From NCBI RefSeq assembly GCF_038025025.1, contig NW_027117345.1:1178001-1242000 (forward strand): a stretch of DNA of 64,000 nt, read 5' to 3'. This DNA is from Phyllosticta citribraziliensis (Eukaryota). Positions 26,292-37,370 of the stretch are shown one piece after another. Within the stretch, counting starts at the first letter, position 1. The number at the start of each line of letters is the position of its first letter. A program made the translations under genes and the position numbers. Under the pieces are notes generated by a model that worked only from the letters and a program-made list of their open reading frames with translations, did no database searches and was not told where the DNA came from.

Positions 26292-29140
26292 AGCGGCGGC
26301 TGACCTCAGAAGGGCGCCGCCTGCACAACGTCGCCCGTCGAGTCGTCCAGTGGCAGTCAAGTCCAGTCGCTGTTGGCCCACGCAAGGATGCTCATCCTGA
26401 CGGTGGTGAACGTGCCAGGTGGGCCCAAAAATAGCCCTCGTCCGGCTTGCCTGACCGACTCTTGCCTGTACAGCGGCAGATGCGAAACCGACGACCGTCG
26501 AGCTGGAGTCGCACAATGGCCGTGACCTCGTTCCTTTTTCTTTTCTTGTTCCATGTTGTTGACGTTGACGTTGATGTTTGAGAGTTTCGAGTCGTGGGTG
26601 ACAGTAGAGGGGACGGAAGGCGTCCGCTGCCCGCCCAGCCGGCCAAGCCAGCCAAGCCAGTAGCCTCCCCGCCGACCGCCATGACTTCCCTCTTTCTCCT
26701 CGACTCCCTCCCGTCTCCATCAACCATCTCCATGTCCTCATCCAAATCACCCATCGGCGTCCTTCCCCGGGTTTCCCGCTTCGGTGGAAGCTCATCAGCC
26801 CATCCCTTCGGTCCCCGTCCCCGCTGAGTTGCCGACCTCGCTCCCGCTTCTTCACACGTCTCTCCACCCTGCCTGCAATGCGCTCAATCAATCCAGCACC
26901 ATCTCGACCGCCGTCGCCCCAGCCCTTCTCCACACTCTTCATTCATGCACCCGGACCCACTCTCTCCTGCTATCTATACATGCACCCACCGTTTTATCCG
27001 TCCGTCCACCCAGCGCCCTGCAAGCCAACACCACGCCAGAAGGATTCAGAGGATTGTGGCTCGTGCGGGTCCTTCTTCCTTCTGCCGCTGCAATGCGCTG
27101 CGCCCTGGCCTGCCCTCCGGCCCTCCCTCGAATGCGACCTTCTGTCTATGTATGTAGGTACGCTAGCTGGATGACATGACGTAGCCGTGTTGGTTTTGTA
27201 CGGGCGCAGACGACCACAGGACGTGAGAATAGAGGCGCAGGCCTACCATTCTGAAACTCATCGCCATCGTCCGTCGTCGCCACCTGGTTCATGGCGGGGC
27301 GGTGCAGTCAGAAAGCATGGCTTGTGGGTTCTCCATGCCCTGACATGTCTATGGTACATGTACACATCTACTAAGCACCATCGCCCTTGGCATCCTGCAA
27401 GATACTGCCATCTCTCGTTGTACGGATCCATTGACGTATGCTCCCAATCAACCAACACCTAGCTCATTGTGCACCTGTAAGCCTATTTCCACGTCGTCCA
27501 CTACTTTCAATCATTTACCGCACCTTTTAGCTTTTCCCATTTCCATCGTTGACCCCCACGCAGCATCCGCTCATCTATCAACCGTTGCCCCCCACAAACA
27601 ACCCCCAAATCCCACTGGCTTGGAGCAACCACTCTTCCGTTACGGCCCCAACCAGCGGCACGGCGCCACGGGACGGGCCGCTTGCCAAGAAAACGGCTCC
27701 CGCTGCTACTGCCGCTGCTGGCTGTGATGTTGGGGTCATGCAACGCGCCGGTTCGGATGGGATGTGCCGGTCAGGCTGGTATGGTGGGTCGATCGAATGA
27801 TAAAATCACTGGGTGGATCAGATTGAAAATTTGGCAAATTGGCAAGGTTTTTGACTGTATCTGGTACGCATGAAAGGGGGAGATGAAAGAGACACATAGA
27901 CAGGCAGAGTGGGATGCGAGCAAGTTGAAGGTGGCGCAGACAGCTTCGCTGCCGCGGTTTCATGTGCTATGGAAATGATTATTTGCTCCGATCTCTCTTC
28001 CTGCTGCCTCTCTCCGGTCTCCCTAGTAACCCGTTGACAGCCCGGCGTTTCTTGGTACGTCGCGCTGCGGTGCTTACAGCAGTTGGCAGCCAAACATCGT
28101 CGTTACTGCAATCATGGCGACAGCGTTGTCGCGGCGTGCTGGACGTAGAGCTTGAAAAGTAAATGCACAAGTTCGAAGTGTAGGCAGAAAGAACTTGGAC
28201 GAAATGTCGGGTTTGCTGACTCGTTTGTCATGGAAGGGCTCGCCTCGAAGTCTTGCCTTGCAAAGGCGTTTCTGGCTTGCGTCGAATTTGACATTAAACC
28301 CCGGGTCCAGAAAAGAAGCATGAAACAGAAGATGAAAGTAGAGCGACTTGCTCCGTATATTTGGAGCGACTAGAAGACTATCAAAGTTATTGACGGGAGC
28401 TGAATAGCAGCGAGAAGAAGAGCTATGCGTGCATCTCCATGATGCCAGAACCTTGTAGTACGAGAAGCGCAGAACAGACGAGTATCGGTCGAAATTCCAA
28501 AAGAGTCCTGGTCGTCATCTCATAACAGAGAGAGGCCAGTCAACTCGTCCCATTGCTCGTCATTCAAACACCGCGCCGCTGGCGGAAAATGTCGGACAAG
28601 CCACAAAGCCTTGATCGCGCGCGGCTACCCTTGCTCCATGCCGAATGGGCACTCGCCGAAAGGTTGGGTCTTTGGGTAGCGGGCGGCAGTTTGGGCACAG
28701 CCGGAGAGAGCTCTAGGTCCTAGAGCGCGCTGACAATTCGCCCAGGTTCTGAGGAATTCGAAGTTGCCCAACGTGATAGGAGCAAGGGCGTACCGTATTC
28801 CATGGAGTGCTGGTAGGGCGAGGCTGGCGGGAGGGTTTGGAGCTACCTGAGTAACGACCGACGCCATCTTTGTGGCTTTGTAAAAGCTCATGACGGCCGA
28901 CCTGCTTCGAGCCATTCTCTTCAGTCTTCGAGACTGAGTAAAGTGGACGTGTTCTTCTGTCAAGCGCTCGTCTCTCCATCGGACGAGCAGCTTGGAGAAC
29001 AATCCATCCATGGAAGCACATTGTTGGACAACATCGCGAAGCTTCTTGCTGAATCATCCCAAACACCCCTCTGGCACCAGGCCAGTTGAACGCCAACCCA
29101 GGGTATAGTACAGAGGCAGAAAGTCCAACGAACAAGCTCT

Positions 29141-29848
29141 TCAGCGCCGTCCTTGGCCCAAGAAACCGTTGTTGAGAGTCATGATCTCTCGAAATCTTCT
29201 CTTTTGCTCTTCCTTGTTCTTTTCCTCAATGGCGCGAGCGAGAGCGCCCGAGTCCCACCATACTCTGGCTTCGTATATCTGCAGTCCTTGGTATCCTCGT
29301 TTTTCGTCGACAGCAGTCGGCTCAGCGTTTCCTGAGCGATCCTGGGGCGCCCCATCTTCTACATTTTCGGCGTTCTCGCCTTCTTCGTCTGCCTCGTCAT
29401 TCGCCGGCGACGAAGAGGGCGGTGCGTCTTCGACTCTGCCAACGACAAACTCAAACATGCGCGGAATCTCGAGCATCCTCTCCTCTTCCCATCCCTTGAG
29501 TCTGTACAGCATGATTGTCTGCGAGTTGATGACGTGCTTCTCGCCGCACCCCAGTCTCTTGACATCGGGACCAAATACGCGCGTGACGCATGCTTGGTGG
29601 TGCATGAATTCCATGTCTTGAAACCTCGTCTTGGTCGCGTCCCAGATTTCCTGGTCGGAGCGGTATGTGGTGCCATCGGCCGCGTGGTAGAGAGCGGCAT
29701 CGGCGAAGAAGGTCTTGGATGAGTATGCGGCCAAGTCGCTGGAATCAAGGGCGGAGAGGTAGCCATGGAGGAACCGCAGCGCGGGGACGGCTGAGTACGG
29801 CGTTACTGATCCGGTGTGCGTGTAGAATGAGCAGCTATTTGGAGCCAT
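29141..29848 (-). CDS. Hypothetical protein, probable NTF2/SnoaL-like fold with acidic insertion
   Basis: Intronless ORF from MAPNSCSFYTHTG. Pattern FL..Y...LDS..L...FFADAALYH..DG..Y....IW and C-terminal GLQIYEARVWWDS resemble fungal SnoaL-like proteins. Confidence 0.65.
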   Translation of the reverse strand: MAPNSCSFYTHTGSVTPYSAVPALRFLHGYLSALDSSDLAAYSSKTFFADAALYHAADGTTYRSDQEIWDATKTRFQDMEFMHHQACVTRVFGPDVKRLGCGEKHVINSQTIMLYRLKGWEEERMLEIPRMFEFVVGRVEDAPPSSSPANDEADEEGENAENVEDGAPQDRSGNAEPTAVDEKRGYQGLQIYEARVWWDSGALARAIEEKNKEEQKRRFREIMTLNNGFLGQGRR

Positions 29849-31979
29849 GTTGGAGTTTAGTGGAAAAGATGTCTGGAGGAGAAGAGACGAGAAATTGAGG
29901 AGATATCTTGCAGACAAGACACATGCAAAGGGACAAGACTTTATGGCTAGATGCCGAAGGGCGGATTTGCGGGGAACGGCTTGACTGGCGCCAGGAGTAC
30001 ATGACCATGAATCCCTTTATGCGGTCATGCAGCTTCTCGACCTGTTCGTAACGGGCGGCAGGACCAAAGTTGTTGCCTCTCACCATATCAGGCTATGCGT
30101 GACGGGCAGCCTTCCCCACTGCGGTAGGTGCTGGCAACCGGGGCCCTAAGGTGACTCGTTGTGTCTGACATCAATCCAATGGCGTTCTCGCCCTCGGCAT
30201 AGGTTCAGCACCATGGTGGAAGGTTGCGGAGAGCTTCGCGGCATTCGGTCCTTGTTCATGTCGGAAAAGAGTCTGGGGACGAGGGTTTGCGGATGAAAAC
30301 TCGGGGTAAGGGAAGGCGCTGAGTCGTGAGACGCGCCGGGAGCTTGGGCCACCAGTCGAGCCACCGTCACGCGCCGTCCGTCAGATTTCAAAACCACCAC
30401 CTCATCCCCACACCCGACGCGCCCGGAGCTCTCCAACATGGCCTGAATTTCCTGGTGATATCATTGCAGCCTCTTGTCAGCGCATTCGTCAGCTGCTGAT
30501 CCCCATCGCTCGCGCTTCGGGGCCGCGTTGGAAGTTTGCTGATTGCCTTCATGACAGAGCATCAAGAACACGGCCCAAGTCCCAGAGGTCCATGTCAACG
30601 AGCAATGTGGCTTGGCTTTCAGCACCTTGAAGGCCATTCTCGCAAGCCCCAGCGCTGAAGTGGCCCTCTGGATCAGATCCGCCGCCGAACCCTTGCAGAC
30701 TCCTCACACCTTGATGGCAGCAGCCCCGGTCCGCCTCGTCCTCAAAAAACATTCCCTGCGCCCATCAACCGTATCGTCTTTGCGCTGCTGAAACTCTCCT
30801 CGATATCTACAAATCCCTTGGTGTCCCGACATTCAAAACCTGTCTGGCGCGGAGCCGCCGGGAAAATCGTGCTCGTGCCAACCGAGGTGGGTCCACCTGG
30901 CCTGTCACCACCACCACCGGGCAAAAGGAAAGGCCGCAAAACAAAACGTACAACAGCCGGGATTCGCTGCTGGTCACCCACGCAACTACTAATCGGCCGC
31001 AAGGTAGCTTATCTATGGAAGAGCGGACGGGGTTCCGAGTTTTCTACCTGCTATGGTCGTACGTGGCAAAAGGAGCGGTGCAAAAGTATTATATTCAAGA
31101 AATTTCCCTGAGGAACGCCTCCCAAAATTCCAATTCGACCATGGAATTTTCCCGTCTTGCTCTCAGAAGACCGTCCACCACGTCGTTAGTCGTGTCTGAT
31201 CTTTATTTCCTCAACTTACGTCGATGCTGGCCCGGACACTCCCTCCCGGAGCTCTAGTTTCGATGGTCAAGGAGTAAAGTTGGTGCGGTGCCAACTTTTT
31301 TTGCCATTTTTCAGTTCTCTCGCCTTCCTTGCACTACAACAATGTCTTCTTTTCTATCGAATTTGATATATATGACAGTGTCCGTTTTTTTCTTGCCTGG
31401 AAAGTTGATCTTTCTCTGAATATTCGTCTTTTGCGGAAGCATCACCACCACAAGATCATTCAACCCAGCTTGACGATCGTTTCTACGGGTTTCTGTTGCT
31501 GCAGAAGCTTCCGGGATGCGCACAACAATCTTTGCTACGCCATTGGCCTGTCTCAACTTCGGCCAGAGGATGGCTCAAGGTACCCACAACATCTCCTCCA
31601 CTTTCATTGTCGAAATGCTTGATGTGGGAACAAATTTGAGTCGTCACAGTGGCGACGACGTTTCATGGCTAATCACCGCTTGAGGAGCATCCGTTGACCG
31701 TTAGCAGCCTGCAGAGGCTGAAACCATTCATGCTGGAATTAACACGAATTGAGAGGAGTAATGAACGAACGCTGGTTCCCCCATTTAGATGCACTGGTAC
31801 TCACGTGACAGCTCCTGTGACAGAACGGCAGGCGTTACCTACTCAAAGTCGAGCCTTCTTGAATGGCGGAAGAAGGCGGCCTTCGGCTGGCCGGTCGCAC
31901 CACCAGCGCCAGATCAAATCTCCACCTCTTATGACCACAACATCCGTCTTGCTACCGATACGACAAAGTGGGCCACGGC

Positions 31980-32500
31980 ATGGCACAGTCAGTTTTGAAC
32001 GTCACTGGCCACAATCTGATCGCTGACAGGCTCCTAGCGAGACAGGTCGCAAACGCGTGGCAGCGAAGCTCACACAGGAGCTCTGGGACCAGATCGGAAA
32101 ACTTGACGAATGGCGGGACGACCTCTGCAAGGCCTTGGTGCTCGTGTCGGACTCCTTCGAAGAAAGAGACAAAGACCTCACGATCGAGGCGCGCGACCGC
32201 CTCATTGAGCGAGCAAACAACCTCCTCCGGCTTCTTTCGCGGTTTGTGAGTTTCCCACTTGTCAGCGGTTGGGCGCAGACTAATGAAACGCAGGCCGATT
32301 TGCGCGACGCAATGATGACCAGCATTGGCGACAACCCAGATATCGACGCCACAATTTTCCGGAACACGTGGTGGATTCACATAAAGGACATGCAGCAAAT
32401 GGCAAACGCTACTCTGAGGTGGTCGAAGATTGATTACTGGCCAGAATCAAAGCAGAGCATCATGGACATCATGGCGGGAATCCAGTCCCTGGAGGAGTAA
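31980..32500 (+). CDS. Small orphan helical protein; putative introns 31988-32037 and 32246-32293
   Basis: ATG GCA CA|C GAG joins via a GTCAGT...GCTGAC...TAG intron to the frame AAKLTQELWDQIGKLDEWRDDLC...; second intron GTGAGT...ACTAAT...CAG (48 nt, in frame); TAA at 32498-32500. Confidence 0.55.
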
Positions 32501-33083
32501 CACGGCAACGAAAAGCCGGAGACTTGGGTCGAAGCTCGGAACGAGGATATCTCATGCGTCCACGACGCAAGCCATCATCCTGGCAAAGGTTTGACGATGT
32601 GAGGGCTGGGGCAATTACTTGGGCTTTGGAATAATCGGGAATGGGCTTGCAAAGTTTTGTAGCCATCTAGGCTTCAAATTGCGGGGTCTAGAGCTTGAAC
32701 ATGACCTGTGTTGTCAACTAACGCCACTACTGCCAGTTTTCAGTTTTCCATGTGATTTCTTTTGTAGCTGAAAGTCTCTTCAGAACAGGTGAGTGCCCGA
32801 GAAAAAGTAGAGTTCTTAGGATGGAGTGAATGTCTTTGGATGGGGTGATACGAAAAGCAGAGTTTCGTCATACAGATCTCCCCACTGGCGGGGGAGTGCA
32901 AGGCTACATGTGACCCCCGGCAAGGGTAAACAAACGCCACGCATACCCCTCTTCTTTTTTCGACATCGCATAGAGTGGAAACTTGGATTCTGAATTCTGA
33001 CATCAGCGGAAGATTTGCTTAAAAGGTAAGAAGGGGAAAAGTACTGCGCGTTGAGAGGCTTCGATTGCTTACAACAGCCTAGA

Positions 33084-33512
33084 ATGACCAAAGACCTCAA
33101 GAAGATCCAGGACACCGTCGAGGAGCAGGGACAACAGATCAAGGAGTGTCGCAAGGACTACAATGCCTTCTTCAAGGAATTTCAAGAGATGAGCGTCGAC
33201 GACCCAAAGTTCTACCAGGGAATGAAGGTGTTTGTCAAGTCGTTGGAGTTCCACGTGAGTTTTCCCTGAGTTTGACGACGGCGATGAGACTGACATAAAG
33301 ACCAGCGCGAGCTCAACCGATCCCTGCAGCAGAACCTTGCCAGTCATACCGATCTCCTGGAGCTCCTGGAGCGCGGCAAGGGAAAGTACCTCAAATACAT
33401 GACGACCTTGATGAGCTGGGCAGAGGATACCTACGGCCCGGACCACACCAAGTGGGCAGTGGACCAGCAGGAGATTTTGAAGCTCCTCAAGGACCTCAAG
33501 AGCATGGACTAG
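33084..33512 (+). CDS. Small orphan coiled-coil-like protein (about 125 aa); intron 33255-33305
   Basis: MTKDLKKIQDTVEEQGQQIKECRKDYNAFF...LEFH|RELNRSLQQNL...LKDLKSMD*; intron GTGAGT...ACTGAC...CAG; strong C/G third-position codon bias. Confidence 0.7.
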
Positions 33513-33861
33513 TCATTGAGGCTGTCAGGGCTATGGCATGACCGGCCAGCGGCAGGCGAGCGTGCGGGCAACTCTACCTACTACAGACAACGATTGAAAC
33601 GAGACATTTGCTCGGACTTCTCAATCATTTCATCGGTCCAAGCCAGCTCTACAGACTCATTGCGCATGCTGATGGATCAGCAACGTAAAAGGGCCTTTCC
33701 AAGGCGACGCAAGCCAGCAAGTCCTTGAGGAAGTGCAGCGCCACTTGGGAGCCATGTAAACAACCCAATTGTTCCGCAACACCGCCCGCTCCCAAATTCG
33801 GACCGGAAAAATATGACGCCTCATGCCGTAGGCGCTGCTTGGTTTCCTCCAGATCATGCCC

Positions 33862-33872
33862 TTTTATAAATA
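33862..33872 (+). promoter_or_regulatory. Putative TATA box upstream of orphan gene at 34030
   Basis: TTTTATAAATA about 165 nt upstream of the ATG, followed by a CT-rich leader. Confidence 0.4.
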
Positions 33873-34029
33873 TTTGAATCTCACAGTTCTTCCAACCTTG
33901 CACAACCTTTCCACCCACCGTGCTTCATCTCACAACCTCTCCTTCCCTCGACCCCAAGCGAACTGTGGTGAGCACTCACTCACTGACCAGAAAAAGTGTG
34001 CTCTGGCTGACCACAACAGTAGCAGCACA

Positions 34030-34566
34030 ATGTCTTCCAACCAGGTTCCTCCCAACAGCGTGATTCGCCAGATCCAGACGGCGAGTGGCAGCAGCGCCGA
34101 GCACCCCCACCGCGTCAACATCACCACGTCGCTGCTCCACGACGACTACCAGGCCAAAGAGTCGCTGAGGACTGCGCTCAGGGCCTTGGAGACTGCGACT
34201 CTCGCCGTCAAGGACTCCAGTCGGAAGTCCATCGCCGCCCTCGAGGAGGTCCCCCTCAACACGTCGAACGATCGGACTACGCAGCGCGCCCTCGACCAGC
34301 TGCTCGACACGACTGCCGACTTCGTAAGCCTGCTTGCTTCATCCCCAAACTGACCCAGCAGCTGACGCGCGTAGGGAGCATTCATCTCCATGTCCGAGCA
34401 GGTGGCCGAGTTCGCCAACGTCGTCGGCCACGAGGTCGAGAAGAACAAGGACGCCTTCTCCAACGCCATCGCGACAATTCTCGCGGCGCAGCAGAGCCCC
34501 TGCGGCCCGCACATGAAGGTCATCATTGATGGCCTCGTCAGGAACCTGCGGACGCTCTCGCAGTGA
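34030..34566 (+). CDS. Small orphan helical protein (about 161 aa); intron 34324-34374
   Basis: MSSNQVPPNSVIRQ...LLDTTADF|GAFISMSEQVAEFANVVGHEVEKNKDAF...NLRTLSQ*; intron GTAAGC...GCTGAC...TAG; strong codon bias. Confidence 0.72.
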
Positions 34567-34645
34567 GTGGGATACATGGCCCTAGGGCAGGGACTGGTGG
34601 CTAGTTTTTACTTTAATGGAACCTTTCTGTTATAACCAGTGATGC

Positions 34646-34876
34646 ATGAATGCTCCCTACACATCACTACGTAACTTAATGACTGCTCCTGGCGCGTGGC
34701 CGTAGTGTCTAATGGCTGCTCCTAGGGCGTATACGTCACATCAATTGAATGCTCCTAGAGCAAAGACGTGGTGGTTGATGACTGCTCCTCAGTCATAGCC
34801 GCACCATTAAATGACAGCTCTCTATCCACCATTGTGGCGCTTGACCAATGCTCCTAAGGCATTCACACCACCGCAC
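34646..34876 (+). repeat. Diverged 33-bp-period tandem array, 7 units, conserved ATGAMTGCTCCT-like head with variable 21-bp tail
   Basis: Heads start at 34646, 34679, 34712, 34745, 34778, 34811 and 34844 (exact 33-bp spacing). Confidence 0.9.
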
Positions 34877-35011
34877 GAGGCACAACTGGTTGTTAAGATG
34901 GAAGTCGTGCCTGCACGCCTTCCATTGATATTGGCGCTAGCGCGTCCCACACAGTCTTCTACAAAAACACCATGGGCGCGCTCGAAACTCCATCACCGCC
35001 GTCACACCAAC

Positions 35012-35647
35012 ATGAATTCACCCAGCGCTCTCACGCGCGACGCGCTGGAAGCATCCCAGCGCGCTCGCGCTCACGCCCGCGGCCAGCCTGAACCTCTAAC
35101 CAACGCACTGTTCCAAAACGGCCTTTCTCCACCATTCGACCAGGACAACTATTTTGTGGGCCACCCGTTATTCGACGCAATTGATCGGCTCAAGGTCAAC
35201 TTGGCCTTGATTTCCTGTCTGGAGGGAGACTTCGAGTTCTTCGCCTAGTCAACGCATCAGTCAATCCAACAGATGAGGGTTGATGAGGAGTCTGGATGCC
35301 GCTCAACGTACGAAACGCGCGCCAGGATGGTGCTTTATCAAACAAGACAAGTAAGTTGGCAGTCATTCTTCCTGGTGCCACTCTAACTTAAACTAATCTG
35401 GACAGGTTGAGCACAAGCGACATGCTGCACAAATCTACCACTCTATCATCCGCGCATGCCACAAGCTCCCCAGTTTTTGGAGATGTGGGCGCAGGCCAAG
35501 GCTTTCCATTTCAGAAACATGGCTCCGCATGTTTTCGCCCTCCGAGTCCCTCAGGACATTGAAACCGAAATCGCCAACCTTTACGTCGAGATTTCTGCCC
35601 TTGAGCAAAAGGCCATGGCTGGCGAACTTGGCTTGTGGCAGCCCTGA
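35012..35647 (+). pseudogene. Disrupted orphan gene: in-frame TAG at 35246-35248, intron 35351-35405, apparent frameshift before the last segment
   Basis: MNSPSALTRDALEAS...GDFEFFA*STHQSIQQMRVDEESGCRSTYETRARMVLYQTRQ stays open past the TAG up to a GTAAGT...ACTAAT...CAG intron. The protein-like 3' ORF MPQAPQFLEMW... (35456-35647) is out of frame with the spliced product. Confidence 0.5.
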
Positions 35648-37191
35648 ACTTCGAGCTACACCTTGATTCAGCCTATTTCAGGGTCATTGGTGCTCCAATT
35701 CGATACACTTGAGGATGGGGAAGGAAAACGGGCGGCCATACCCCAGGATATCGAACAACCCCGCGGTGGCTTTCGACTCTCGACTTGGTCACGGCAGTGG
35801 AGGATCCAAGTGGTGGGAAGGAACGGACGGTTGGTGCTGCAAAGCCGTGGGCTTCGGTTCGAGGCAATCTTCTTGTTGGTTCACGGAAGGTGCATTGGGT
35901 AGTCAACGTCAACACTCCACTTGCAGTTATTGTCGCTCTCCCAATCAGATATCGTCCAAAACACTCATGTCATTTCCACCCAAGCATTTTACATGCATCC
36001 AAGCCCCCTGTGAAGGAACACGTTGCATACTCACCGTCTTCTTATTGAAAGCATAAGAACTGTCGTTCAAGATCAACTTCATTTCCTCGGTTGGTACAGC
36101 GATCCAGGATCCACGAAGAAAGCTGACCGACCTCTTGCACCATGGACACCGCAGACCGCTCGTTGACCAGCGAAGAAGAAGCGATCCTTGACGAGATAAA
36201 GCTACCGTATTACAACATCGTCACTGAAGCTCTGGTTCGCTGCCTCATGAGCCAATATCTTTCGTACAGCATTGCCGAAGCAGCAGTCCAAGACCTGAGC
36301 GTCCCACACAGCCAATACGGTGGTCCGAGTGACATGTGCGGTTTACAAATGAGTGGCCTATTCGGAGATTATCTGGTAGAGGACCAGGTAAACGTTCAAG
36401 GGTCACAGAAATGACACCAGTCTTTGCTGAAAGGCGATTCAGATCAGGATTCGCGGAGGTTGCCAGAATTTGAGCGCAAGGATAATCATCGCTCTTTGCG
36501 AAACGCCTGAAAGCTTGCGCAACAAGGTCGTGATTTGCTTTTGGCGACATCTCAAAACCTGTTTCGGCGAGGACTGTTCGAAGTGGCCTGACGACCTAGG
36601 TCTTCTGCCATTCATCCGAAAATCTGTTGACGCCATGGGATCCGAAGCCAGTGTACTGGAGGCGCATTTTTCAGGAACGGAGGGGTTGCCGCCATCGGAT
36701 CATGTTCCAGAAAGTCACAGCTACCCGTCGACCTATCGGATACCCTTGGAGCACACCAGGCCGAGAACGCTTCAGGAACTTCTCGACGATGTTCCCAAGA
36801 CCCCAAAGCGGCACCGTACGAGAGGGAGAGGAGAGTCCGCTCCAGTATTGGTTTTCAGACCGAAGGGCACAAACGCACAGACAACAGGGGGCGCTTCGGA
36901 AAAAAAGATTGACAAACCCTCGGAAGAGGCTTCTGGAACAAATCAAGCAAAAGAGCGCGAGTCCGACCTAGAATCAAAGGTGTCTGGCTCGGATCTACCA
37001 GTCGTGTACAGGGCAAGGCAGCTTCTTGAGGATTCGGCTCGTTTCTGGGAATCATTTGGGTAGACAGACCCTGCTGTCTTTCCCGACTTCGTGCGCTGAC
37101 TTTTGGGATCTTGAAGGAAGGACAAAACAAGGAGTACTTCCGAAGCCAGCACTGCTTCCAAGTCCGGCGAAGCCTTTAGTACAACAAGGAC

Positions 37192-37370
37192 GCGCGCAAG
37201 ACGAACTGGTTCCCAAGCCAGCAATACTTCCAGGCCCTCTAACCCGTCGCGTGCAAGACGGGATGGTTCCGATGCCAGCAATACTTCCAGGGCCTCCGAA
37301 ACCTTTGAAGAATTCAAGGCGCGAGCAAGACCGACTGGTTCCGACGACAGAACTGCCTCCAGATCCCGCG
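37192..37370 (+). repeat. Three degenerate coding repeats (spacing 57 and 72 bp), RARRxGSxASNTSR-like
   Basis: gcg(c/t/a)gcaagac...tggttcc...(g)ccagcaatacttccagg units at 37192, 37249 and 37321. Confidence 0.8.

Noticed and set aside
30500..31650. Fragmentary ORFs left of the orphan island
   Set aside because: Possibly further gene relics, but no frame continuity or splice pattern could be reconstructed.
34646..34876. CRISPR array interpretation of the 33-bp array
   Set aside because: Eukaryotic context, no cas genes, the head is only about 12 nt and degenerate, and several tails resemble each other (AGGGCGTATACG / AGAGCAAAGACG / AAGGCATTCACA), as expected for a diverged tandem repeat.
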